From assembly GCA_031389245.1 (NCBI GenBank), contig JANMSL010000729.1, positions 1-44,224 of the forward strand: a stretch of DNA of 44,224 nt, in the 5' to 3' direction. The position numbers were made by a program, and so were the translations under genes. This DNA comes from Lysobacterales bacterium (GTDB taxonomy: Bacteria; Pseudomonadota; Gammaproteobacteria; Xanthomonadales; Ahniellaceae). The notes under the pieces are model-generated. The model was not told the DNA's origin and did not search any database. It saw only the letters and a list, made by a program, of their open reading frames with translations. This document shows, in pieces, positions 36,153 through 44,022 of the stretch (positions within the stretch are counted from its first letter, which is position 1; every line of letters begins with the position of its first letter).

Positions 36153-38138
36153 ATGCCCGCCGCGCGTTCCGCCTCACGCTCTGTGCTATCACGAACCGGT
36201 TTTTCGCTGATCGGCCTTTTGTTCATCGGTCCCTCCTTACTGCTTGCAAGTGTCCCGTTGGCCGCGCAGACGCTGCCAACACCCGGCATGGCAGTGCGCG
36301 GGCCCAACACGGCAGCAATGGTGTTGCCGGCCACCACAACGGAGGTCGAGATCGATGTCGCCGGCATGGTGGCGCATGCCCGTGTGCGGCAGCGCTTCAT
36401 CAATCCAGGCGACGATTTTCTGGAGGGTCAGTATCGGCTGCCGATGCCCGCCGACAGCGCCGTTTTCGCGATGCGCATCGAACTGGATGGGCGCCTGATT
36501 GAAGGTGAGATTCGCGAGCGCGAAGCCGCACGTATCGAATACGAAGCCGCCAAAAGTGCAGGCATGGCGACAGCACTGGTGGAACGCCAGGCGGTCGATA
36601 TGTTCTCTACCCGCGTCGCCAACATTCCGCCGAAGTCGGAAGTCAGCATCGAGATCGAATACTTCCAGAGTGTTGGCTATCGCGATGGCCGATTCGAGCT
36701 GGTGTTCCCGCTGACGCTGCGTCCGCGCTATGGCAGCACTGCGACGAACGACCTGAGCGCTGCACTCGATGCCGCAGAGCCGGCGGCTACAACCAGCGGA
36801 CTCACTCTGCCCGCCCGCATCGAAATTCATCTCGCCGCAGGCATTCCGATCCAGGCGCCGCAATCGGCTTCGCACGCGATTCTGGTTCAGCGCAAGGGGA
36901 AGGCATTTCAGATACTGACCCGCGAGGAGCGCGTTGCCGCGGATCGCGACTTCGTGCTGCATTGGACACCACAGTCCAATGTCGCCGCGCAGGCGGCGAG
37001 TTTTGTCGAGGAGATCAATGGCGAGCGCTATCTGAGCCTGATGCTGGTGCCGCCAACCCAGGCGGGTCCGCGCCTGCCTCGCGAACTGATTCTGGTGCTG
37101 GACAGCTCGGGCTCGATGATGGGTGCAGCCTGGAATGGCGCACAAAAGGCTGCGGACTTCGCGCTGACCCAGATCGCACCCGGCGACTTTTTCAATGTCG
37201 TCGATTTTGACAGCACTGCCAGTGCGCTCAGCCCGATGTCGTTACCGATGAATGCGCAAACCATCGCCACCGCGCGCGAGTTCGTTGCCACGCGCAGTGC
37301 CGATGGCGGCACCGAGATCGCCGGCGCGCTCGATCTGGCCCTGTCATTTCCGCCTATCAATACGCATGTGCGCCAAGTGGTATTCATCACCGATGGTGCG
37401 GTCGGCAATGAGGAGGAGATCTATCGTCATATCGCCGCGGGCAACACTGATGCACGATTGTTCATGGTCGGTATCGGCAATGCCCCGCACCGAGCTTTCC
37501 TGCGCCGTTCGGCGGAACTCGGCCGCGGCTTTGCCGAGATCATCGAGTCCGCCGACGCCGTCGATGTGCCACTGCAAGCCCTGTTCCAACGCATCGATGC
37601 GCCGGTGTTGACGCGTATCGAAGTCGAGTGGCCGGATTCGGCTGAAGCCTGGCCGAAGCAATTTCCCGATCTCTACGCCGGCGAGCCGTTGTGGTTGACC
37701 AGCCGCATGAAAATCGGCAACGCAGCCCGCCAGGAAGTGAAGGTAAGCGCGCAGGGCCTATCCGCGAAGTTTGCCAAGGGGATGCCGATCAAGCAGGCTA
37801 CGCCGGCTGTCGGCATCGCCAAGATTTGGGCACGACGCAAGATCCAGGCACTCGAAGACGAGCTCAATCTTGGCGCCAACGAGGAGAACGTTCGCACTCA
37901 AGTGTTGGCGACAGCGCTCGAGCATCGGCTGTTGTCGCGCTACACCAGCTTTGTTGCGGTTGAGAAAATAGTGCGCCGCCAGGAAGGCGACGCCCAGGGC
38001 AAAGCTGACTTTGCCAATCCCACACCAGCCGACGCCGAAGGATTCGCTCAAACCGCGCTGGGCTGGCGTGCGCTGTTGTTGCTCGGCCTGTTGATGATGA
38101 TGCTGGCCAGCGTCACGCTACTGCGCACGCGTGCATGA
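36153..38138 (+). CDS. VIT + von Willebrand factor A domain protein with a C-terminal sortase-type sorting signal (proteobacterial sortase target)
   Basis: The start at 36153 gives the signal peptide SLIGLLFIGPSLLLASVPLAAQ. VIT region: VEIDVAGMVAHARVRQRFINPGDDFLEGQYRLPMP...FSTRVANIPPKSEVSIEIEY. vWA MIDAS: LILVLDSSGSM. C-terminus: GFAQTALGWRALLLLGLLMMMLASVTLLRTRA (motif, hydrophobic span, basic tail). Confidence 0.85.
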   Translation: MPAARSASRSVLSRTGFSLIGLLFIGPSLLLASVPLAAQTLPTPGMAVRGPNTAAMVLPATTTEVEIDVAGMVAHARVRQRFINPGDDFLEGQYRLPMPADSAVFAMRIELDGRLIEGEIREREAARIEYEAAKSAGMATALVERQAVDMFSTRVANIPPKSEVSIEIEYFQSVGYRDGRFELVFPLTLRPRYGSTATNDLSAALDAAEPAATTSGLTLPARIEIHLAAGIPIQAPQSASHAILVQRKGKAFQILTREERVAADRDFVLHWTPQSNVAAQAASFVEEINGERYLSLMLVPPTQAGPRLPRELILVLDSSGSMMGAAWNGAQKAADFALTQIAPGDFFNVVDFDSTASALSPMSLPMNAQTIATAREFVATRSADGGTEIAGALDLALSFPPINTHVRQVVFITDGAVGNEEEIYRHIAAGNTDARLFMVGIGNAPHRAFLRRSAELGRGFAEIIESADAVDVPLQALFQRIDAPVLTRIEVEWPDSAEAWPKQFPDLYAGEPLWLTSRMKIGNAARQEVKVSAQGLSAKFAKGMPIKQATPAVGIAKIWARRKIQALEDELNLGANEENVRTQVLATALEHRLLSRYTSFVAVEKIVRRQEGDAQGKADFANPTPADAEGFAQTALGWRALLLLGLLMMMLASVTLLRTRA

Positions 38139-38677
38139 AGCGACTTGCACTGCGCGGGCTGGCCTGGCTACTGCTGATTGGCGGCGGCCTGCTGTCCGCG
38201 CAGGCGCTGTATCCGCTCGCCAAAGGACAACTGGCGATGCGGTTGATCGCCGATGCGTACGCGCATTCTCCCGGCAGCCGACCGTGGCCACAGGCGGATT
38301 TTCGCGGCGTCGCGCGGCTGCAGGTGCCGCGCCTGGATGTGAACCAGATTGTGCTCGACCAGGCCACGCCGCGCGTGCTCGCGTTCGGCCCTGGGCTGGT
38401 GCATCGCAATCGACACGCCGGTCCGATCATCAGCGCGCATCGTGATACGCACTTCAACTGGATCGGTCGTTTGCAGCAGGGAGATGAACTGCTTTGGGAG
38501 CAAGGCGGTGTGGTCCATCGCTATCGCATCGCCGCGTTTCGTGTCGTGGATAGTGACCAGCAGCGCATCGCGCTGCCCGACTCCGAAACCTTGTTGCTCA
38601 CTACTTGCTGGCCGTTGGAAGCATTGACCGCGGGTGGTTCGATGCGCTACGTGGTGACCGCCATCGTGATGCGCTGA
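38135..38677 (+). CDS. Sortase, Gram-negative (class GN / marine proteobacterial) type
   Basis: The ATG at 38135 overlaps the target gene stop (ATGA). N-terminal anchor: GLAWLLLIGGGLLSA. Catalytic His context: IISAHRDTHFNW. Cys: LLLTTCWP. Arg: GGSMRYVV. Confidence 0.85.
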   Translation: MKRLALRGLAWLLLIGGGLLSAQALYPLAKGQLAMRLIADAYAHSPGSRPWPQADFRGVARLQVPRLDVNQIVLDQATPRVLAFGPGLVHRNRHAGPIISAHRDTHFNWIGRLQQGDELLWEQGGVVHRYRIAAFRVVDSDQQRIALPDSETLLLTTCWPLEALTAGGSMRYVVTAIVMR

Positions 38678-38694
38678 AGATTTTGACAACTGCT

Positions 38695-40200
38695 TCAGTC
38701 GTGCTGACTGGGCGCTGCGTTTTCGAATCCGTGCTTGAACAGCAAGTCCGGCCGAAATTCGATGGCGCCTACGTCGCAAATCGCGACGCCGTTGGCATCA
38801 CCGTCGTAAGGTCGTGTGGCACCGCGCGCGTCGGTCGACGGACACAGCGTAAAGCTGCCGTTGTCGATGGCCGGGCTACCCGGCGCTACGTCGAGCGTCG
38901 GCACGTAGCCCCCATTCATCGCCGGCGGCTGCAACCCGAAATTGTTTCCGGGGAACTGCGCAGTGATCAAATTGCCGGCGACACTTGCATAGCAAGTGTT
39001 TCCGGTCATGAACACGGCTTCGCCGGCGTCGGAATTGAATGCGGTTTCCGCGCAACTTTCACCAAAAAGCGGCGGCCCGAACAACACATTGCGCATGTCC
39101 CGTACGGGTGTCGGCGCGCCCAGGCTGGTACCGAGATCAAGGTCGGATCCGCTGCCGCTGTGGGCGGTGTTGCGATGAAAGGTGACGTTGCTCAATCGTA
39201 GATCAGCGGGCTGGGCACCGACCGCAAAAATAATCAGGCCACCACCTCGGTTTGCAACATTCTCGAAGAACGTCACATTTTGCATCTGCAACCGCACCGA
39301 TTGCAGCAGAACCGCGCCGCCAGAAAAGCCTTCGTTCTGCCCAAAGTACGCGTTGTTGATAAACACGTTGGCAGCAGCCCCCGTGCTCGAGCTGTAAATG
39401 GCCAAGGCGCCGCCACGCCCGCGTTGTCGGCTGGTCTGACACTGGGTCCAGTTGCCGGTAAAGCTCACGTCAGCGAATTGGGCGTTTTGACCCGCGGGCA
39501 GGAACATGGCGACCGCACCGCCGTCACCGGCTGGACAACCGCCGGTCGGATTGGATTTCAGGATGCGATTCTGCTGAAACGTACTGCGCGCGATGCTCAC
39601 CATGGATCTCGCGGCGATTGCGCCGCCGTCCGGCAATGGAGCCAGCAGATTGTTGTCGTTTGCTTCATTTCCGGTAAAACGCGATCGGATCACCGAGAGC
39701 GGACCTTCCGCATAAATCGCACCACCACGTCCGGAAACCGAGTCATTCGCTGCCGCGCGGCAGTCTTCGAATACCAGATTGTCGACCTCGGCAATCGTTG
39801 CTACGCGCATGACAGAAAGGCAACCGCCGAAGGGTCTGCTGCCGCCTCGTAGCGTAAGGTTGCGCAGCGTGAGTCGCTCGGTATCGCCGGAGAAATCCAC
39901 ACGAAACATGCCCTGGCCGTTGCCATTGATCACCAGTCCCGGTGTATCGCCGCCATCGATCAGCACTTCGCTACCACGCACTGCCGGCAGCGTCTGGCCC
40001 AACGTGATAACGCTGTTGGCGGGCAGCTGGAAACGCACCACCTGCACGTTTGCACCGGGACTCAACTGGGTAACGGCAGCATCAAGTGTGCCCGGTCCGT
40101 TGGCTGCGGCGGAAGTGACCATCAGTGTCGTCTGTGCTTGCAGGACGCCTGCAATTGCGCCCGCAAGCAACACCGCAACAGTGCGTAGTGGCAAGAACAT
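38695..40200 (-). CDS. Secreted right-handed beta-helix protein (choice-of-anchor Q-like)
   Basis: 501 aa with signal peptide VAVLLAGAIAGVLQAQ. Repeated beta-helix rungs: GGAIYAEGPLSVIRSRFTGNEA, GGAVAMFL, GGALAIYSS, GGGLIIFA. C-proximal ICDVGAIEF is typical of this repeat class. The tail is LLFKHGFENAAPSQHD. Confidence 0.65.
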   Translation of the reverse strand: MFLPLRTVAVLLAGAIAGVLQAQTTLMVTSAAANGPGTLDAAVTQLSPGANVQVVRFQLPANSVITLGQTLPAVRGSEVLIDGGDTPGLVINGNGQGMFRVDFSGDTERLTLRNLTLRGGSRPFGGCLSVMRVATIAEVDNLVFEDCRAAANDSVSGRGGAIYAEGPLSVIRSRFTGNEANDNNLLAPLPDGGAIAARSMVSIARSTFQQNRILKSNPTGGCPAGDGGAVAMFLPAGQNAQFADVSFTGNWTQCQTSRQRGRGGALAIYSSSTGAAANVFINNAYFGQNEGFSGGAVLLQSVRLQMQNVTFFENVANRGGGLIIFAVGAQPADLRLSNVTFHRNTAHSGSGSDLDLGTSLGAPTPVRDMRNVLFGPPLFGESCAETAFNSDAGEAVFMTGNTCYASVAGNLITAQFPGNNFGLQPPAMNGGYVPTLDVAPGSPAIDNGSFTLCPSTDARGATRPYDGDANGVAICDVGAIEFRPDLLFKHGFENAAPSQHD

Positions 40201-40296
40201 GGTGACTCCAAGGCCAGCGGTGCATCCGCTTCTGTCCTTTGATACGCAGGATCGCCCTGAAGACGGTCAAAGCCAGGTCAACAACCGTTCTCTTGG

Positions 40297-41202
40297 TCAA
40301 ACACCAGACTCCTGGTCCACAATCAGACTCTCGGTCAGCAACCAGTCCACAAACTGTTGCGCCACCGGTCGCAGACGCCGATGCGCGGGATAGACCACGT
40401 GGTAACTCCAGCGCGCCGGAATCTTCGGGCCGGGCAGTTCGATCAGGCTGCCGTCCGCCAGCCAAGGCGTGACGATGCGTTCGCGCGCCAACGCTGCGCC
40501 CAGTCCATGCGCCGCGGCGTGTAGCGCATCGGTGCTATCGCTGAACGTGTAGCGCTCATCGATCTTGGCGCCATGCACACCGGCAGCGCGAAACCAATCC
40601 TGCCAGCCCTGTCGTGACAGGTCTGCAACCAATGGCAGCCGTGCGATCTGCGCCGCATTGCGCAGCTTGCGCACACCGGGAAACTTTGGCGACGCTACTG
40701 GAAACAATGCTTCGTGCATCAACGCATGCGCGGTCAACCCGGGCCAATGGCCCGGGCCATGACGGATCGCGAAATCGGCTCCGGCATCATCGAAGCGAGT
40801 CAGCGCAATTTCTGTCAGCACAAGCACGCGCACCTGCGGATGCAGCGCTGCAAAACGCGGCAGGCGCGGCATCAACCAGGTGAATGCCAACGAATGCAGC
40901 GTGCTGATTCGTAGCAATGACTGCGCATCCTGGTGCCGGCGCAGGTCAGCCATCACCACTTCGATATCACCGAGCGCACTGCTGGCCGCGTCGGCCAGTT
41001 TGCGTCCCTCAAGTGTCAACGTCACGCCGCGCGCGTGGCGTTGAAACAAAGCTGAGCCCAGGCGCGACTCGAGCTTGCGCACATGGTGGCTGACCGCACT
41101 CGCGGTCAGGTGCAACTCCTCGCCCGCATGGGCGAAGTTCTGATGGCGCGCTGCGCATTCAAACGCCGCCAGCGCCGACAGCCATTCCGGGCGTAGTCCC
41201 AT
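40297..41202 (-). CDS. LysR-family transcriptional regulator (GcvA-like)
   Basis: The start at 41202 is MGLRPEWLSALAAFECAARHQNFAHAGEELHLTASAVSHHVRKLE (wHTH). The 520-aa track ORF is an unsupported 5' extension running antisense through the DMT gene. Confidence 0.85.
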   Translation of the reverse strand: MGLRPEWLSALAAFECAARHQNFAHAGEELHLTASAVSHHVRKLESRLGSALFQRHARGVTLTLEGRKLADAASSALGDIEVVMADLRRHQDAQSLLRISTLHSLAFTWLMPRLPRFAALHPQVRVLVLTEIALTRFDDAGADFAIRHGPGHWPGLTAHALMHEALFPVASPKFPGVRKLRNAAQIARLPLVADLSRQGWQDWFRAAGVHGAKIDERYTFSDSTDALHAAAHGLGAALARERIVTPWLADGSLIELPGPKIPARWSYHVVYPAHRRLRPVAQQFVDWLLTESLIVDQESGV

Positions 41203-41307
41203 ATGAGCCTCAAATCTGATTTGTGTCTGGCAGCCAAAGTATGCGCTTGTCGATACCCGGCAGGCGAGGACAATACGAACCCAGACACGAGCGAGCTTTG
41301 CGCCACG

Positions 41308-42216
41308 ATGACCACGATGACCGTCACCCCTGCTGAAACCCTCGACAACGGCGAACGCGCGTGGTTGACCCCACTTGAACTCGTCCTGCTCGCCGCGGTC
41401 TGGGGTGCATCCTTCATGTTTCAGCGCGTCGCCGCGCCCGCGTTCGGCACGCTGCCGCTGGTTGAGATCCGGCTCGCACTCGGCGCGATGGTTTTGCTGC
41501 CCTTCCTGTGGATGGCACGCAGCCACTTTCCACTGCGATTGTGGCCGCGCATTGCGCTGATCGGCGCAATCAATTCGGCGATTCCGTTCGCGCTGTTTGC
41601 CTGGGGCGCACAACATGCCCCGGCCGGCATCGGCGCGATCACCAACAGCCTGGCAGTTCTGTTTACTGCTCTGGTCGCGTTCCTGTTTTACGGTGAGCGC
41701 ATCGGGCTGAAGCACAGCATTGCATTGATCATCGGCTTCGCCGGCGTAGTCGTACTCGCCAGCGGCAAGACCGCAGGCAGCAATGTCGGGGGCGCCGTCG
41801 CTGCCGGTGTCACCGCCGCATTTCTCTACGGCGTCGGCGCCAACCTGTTGCGTCGTCACCTGACCGGCGTTCCACCGGTGGCTTTGGCCGCCGCCACGTT
41901 GTCCTGCGCTGCGTTGCTCACGCTGCCGTTCGCGATCGCGAGCTGGCCGACAAATTCTCTTTCCATCCCGGGTTCCGCGTGGTTCTCCGCCGCGATGATC
42001 GGGGTTGCCTCCACAGGCGCCGCCTACGCGCTCTACTATCGGCTCATCCGCCGCGTCGGTGCGGCACGCGCGGTTACCGTGACCTACCTGGTGCCGTTGT
42101 TTGCAGTGGCCTGGGCCTGGTCCCTGTTGGGTGAACCACTGACGTTGCCGATGTTCATATCGGGTGTGTTGATCATTGGTAGCGTTGCGCTGAGCCAGCG
42201 CTCGCAGCGCTTGTAG
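41308..42216 (+). CDS. DMT-superfamily (EamA-like) transporter
   Basis: The start at 41308 is MTTMTVTP. About 10 hydrophobic helices are present, with duplicated EamA halves (LLAAVWGASFMFQRV... and ...AYALYYRLIRRVGAARAVTVTYLVPLFAV). The gene is divergent from the LysR gene. Confidence 0.85.
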   Translation: MTTMTVTPAETLDNGERAWLTPLELVLLAAVWGASFMFQRVAAPAFGTLPLVEIRLALGAMVLLPFLWMARSHFPLRLWPRIALIGAINSAIPFALFAWGAQHAPAGIGAITNSLAVLFTALVAFLFYGERIGLKHSIALIIGFAGVVVLASGKTAGSNVGGAVAAGVTAAFLYGVGANLLRRHLTGVPPVALAAATLSCAALLTLPFAIASWPTNSLSIPGSAWFSAAMIGVASTGAAYALYYRLIRRVGAARAVTVTYLVPLFAVAWAWSLLGEPLTLPMFISGVLIIGSVALSQRSQRL

Positions 42217-42244
42217 CGCGACGCTTGGTCCGCGGCTCCGCTTT

Positions 42245-42413
42245 CGTGGGAGCGGCGTGAGCCGCGATGCTCTGCTGTTTTGGGAGCGGCTTCAGCCGCG
42301 AAGCTTTTGTTGTGACGTTTCGTTGGAAAATAGCAACAGCCAGCACCCTTTGGGTGCGTCATCGCGTTGCGCTGACAAAACGTTTTCGCGCTTTGCGCGA
42401 GTCACTTTCTCTT
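42245..42413 (+). repeat. Left 169-bp arm of a large palindrome containing two REP hairpins
   Basis: This arm is the reverse complement of 43645-43813, with about 4 mismatches by eye. It contains GTGGGAGCGGCGTGAGCCGCGA (42246-42267) and TTGGGAGCGGCTTCAGCCGCGA (42280-42301). Confidence 0.85.
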
Positions 42414-42417
42414 GCGT

Positions 42418-43638
42418 GGCGGTTTCAACCGGTCAACGCAACAATCTGTTGTAACTTCTGAGCTGGCGTCAGAAAGCCCAACGTCTTTCTTGGTCGCTCA
42501 TTGAGCTCACGCGCTATTTTATCCAATTGGCGCTGCGTGAGAGATGATAGATCTTTCCCTTTCGGGAAGTATTGTCGCAGCAGGCCGTTGGTATTTTCGT
42601 TGCTTCCTCGTTGCCAGGGACTGTTGGGATCACAGAAATAGACCTGCATGTCGGTCGCCATGCTGAAGTCTTTGTGTTGAGACATCTCCTTGCCGCGATC
42701 CCACGTAAGTGATTGCCTTAGCTGCGCCGGCAAGCCGCCAACGACGCGTTTGAGCGCGCCGACCACTTCTTGGGTGTGCTTGCTACGTACCCTAACCAGC
42801 GTCAGAAAGCGCGACTGACGTTCGACCAGCGTGCTGACGTAGCTGTTGTTGCTGCCCGCCAACAGATCGCCTTCCCAGTGCCCAGGAACAGCACGGTCTT
42901 CGATCACCGCTGGCCGTTCGCTGATGGAGACCGCATCGGTGATCTTCCCCCGACCACCTTCGCTACGTACCTGCTTGGATTGACGCATCAATCGCTGGAA
43001 ACGCAAATGCGTCATCAGCTCCCGTTTCAGCGCGCCGCGCGCCTGGACATACAAACTCCGATAGATCGTCTCGTGCGACACGCGCATCGTCTCGTCGGCC
43101 GGGTACGCCAGCTTAAGCCATTGCGCGATCTGCTCCGGAGACCAGTGTCGTTTCAGCTTTCCAGCCACCACCCGCTGCAGCCGGTGCCGGCTTGCCAGCA
43201 CGCACATCTTGGGACGCAACGCACTCTTCCAGGCGCGCGTATCAGCCTGCTCAGCACGATACTGTTCGCGCCCACCGTTGCGCTTCACTTCGCGACTGAT
43301 CGTCGAGGCCGACCGCCCCAACAACAACGCGATCTGCCGTAACGACTGCCCCTGGGCAAGTCCCCGCGAGAGACTCTCTCGCTCCGTCAAACTCAACGTC
43401 TGCTCCGAACGCCGCCGCTCCCGTGGTGAAATGCCCCCATGGGTCTTCAACACCCAACGCACCGTCGCAGGAAATCGACCCAAGCCCCGCGCGATGTCCA
43501 CAATCGAATCGCCTCGACGCCACTGATCCCACAACCGCTTCCTATCTTCGGCGCCGATCCGCTCCCACTGTCTTTTGGCCATTGCTTCTTCCTCATCGAA
43601 TTCACCATGTGGTGATGCATCGACCAGTTGAAACCGCC
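42418..43638 (-). mobile_element. IS30-family insertion sequence, about 1.22 kb (ends approximate, plus or minus 6 bp)
   Basis: Imperfect terminal inverted repeats are GGCGGTTTCAACCGGTCAACGCAACA (42418 inward) and GGCGGTTTCAACTGGTCGATGCATCA (reverse complement from 43638 inward). A single transposase gene fills the element, and its stop lies inside the terminal repeat, as in IS30. Confidence 0.75.
42425..43582 (-). CDS. IS30-family transposase
   Basis: Start chosen at 43582 (MAKRQWERIGAEDRKRLWDQWRRGDSIVDIARGLGRFPATVRW, HTH). DDE region: PGHWEGDLL...LTWDRGKEMSQH...VYFCDPNSPWQRGSNENTNGLLRQYFPKG. The track ORF to 43939 reads through the flanking repeat. Confidence 0.9.
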   Translation of the reverse strand: MAKRQWERIGAEDRKRLWDQWRRGDSIVDIARGLGRFPATVRWVLKTHGGISPRERRRSEQTLSLTERESLSRGLAQGQSLRQIALLLGRSASTISREVKRNGGREQYRAEQADTRAWKSALRPKMCVLASRHRLQRVVAGKLKRHWSPEQIAQWLKLAYPADETMRVSHETIYRSLYVQARGALKRELMTHLRFQRLMRQSKQVRSEGGRGKITDAVSISERPAVIEDRAVPGHWEGDLLAGSNNSYVSTLVERQSRFLTLVRVRSKHTQEVVGALKRVVGGLPAQLRQSLTWDRGKEMSQHKDFSMATDMQVYFCDPNSPWQRGSNENTNGLLRQYFPKGKDLSSLTQRQLDKIARELNERPRKTLGFLTPAQKLQQIVALTG

Positions 43639-43644
43639 CATCCA

Positions 43645-43813
43645 AAGAGAAAGTGACTCGCGCAAAGCGCGAAAACGTTTTGTCAGCGCAACGCGATGAC
43701 GCACCCAAAGGGTGCTGGCTGTTGCTATTTTCCAACGAAACATCACAACAAAAGCTTCGCGGCTGAAGCCGCTCCCACAACAGCGGAGCATCGCGGCTCA
43801 CGCCGCTCCAACG
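43645..43813 (-). repeat. Right 169-bp arm of the large palindrome (inverted copy of 42245-42413)
   Basis: It contains the inverted REP units CTTCGCGGCTGAAGCCGCTCCCAC (43755-43778) and ATCGCGGCTCACGCCGCTCCAAC (43790-43812). Confidence 0.85.
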
Positions 43814-44022
43814 AGAGCGCGCATGCGACATTTGATGGCGACCGAGCGCGGCCGTCCCCAGAACAAATTCATTACTCGGTCGGATTCGTGTTTTCGGAAA
43901 ATGTCCAGTCTGCTGACGATCTCTCGTTATGCCAATCAAGACCCGGGAACCAAGTGTGTCGCGGAAATCCGTGTTTCAGTGGATAATTCTTGATCCTGGC
44001 TCAACGCGAGGAAATCCCGTGG

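Noticed and set aside
36237-37145. 302-aa minus-strand ORF
   Set aside because: It is antisense to the VIT-vWA gene and is a shadow ORF.
41223-41288. 8-bp inverted repeat GTGTCTGG ... CCAGACAC in the LysR/DMT intergenic region, as a possible LysR box
   Set aside because: The arms are about 50 nt apart, which is too far for a T-N11-A LysR site. An 8-mer inverted pair at this distance can occur by chance.
41203-41859. N-terminal 219-codon extension of the LysR ORF (track 40297-41859)
   Set aside because: The extension runs antisense through the DMT transporter gene. The LysR wHTH begins right at the Met at 41202, which gives a normal 301-aa regulator.
43583-43939. N-terminal extension of the transposase ORF (track 42425-43939), and the mirrored small ORFs at 42257-42461, 43447-43791, 42084-42362 and 43696-43986
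   Set aside because: These frames read through the 169-bp inverted repeat arms. Their near-identical peptides (for example WERLQPRSFCC..., GSGFSREAFVV...) are a consequence of the DNA repeat, not of coding. IS30 transposases start with the HTH found at the Met at 43582.
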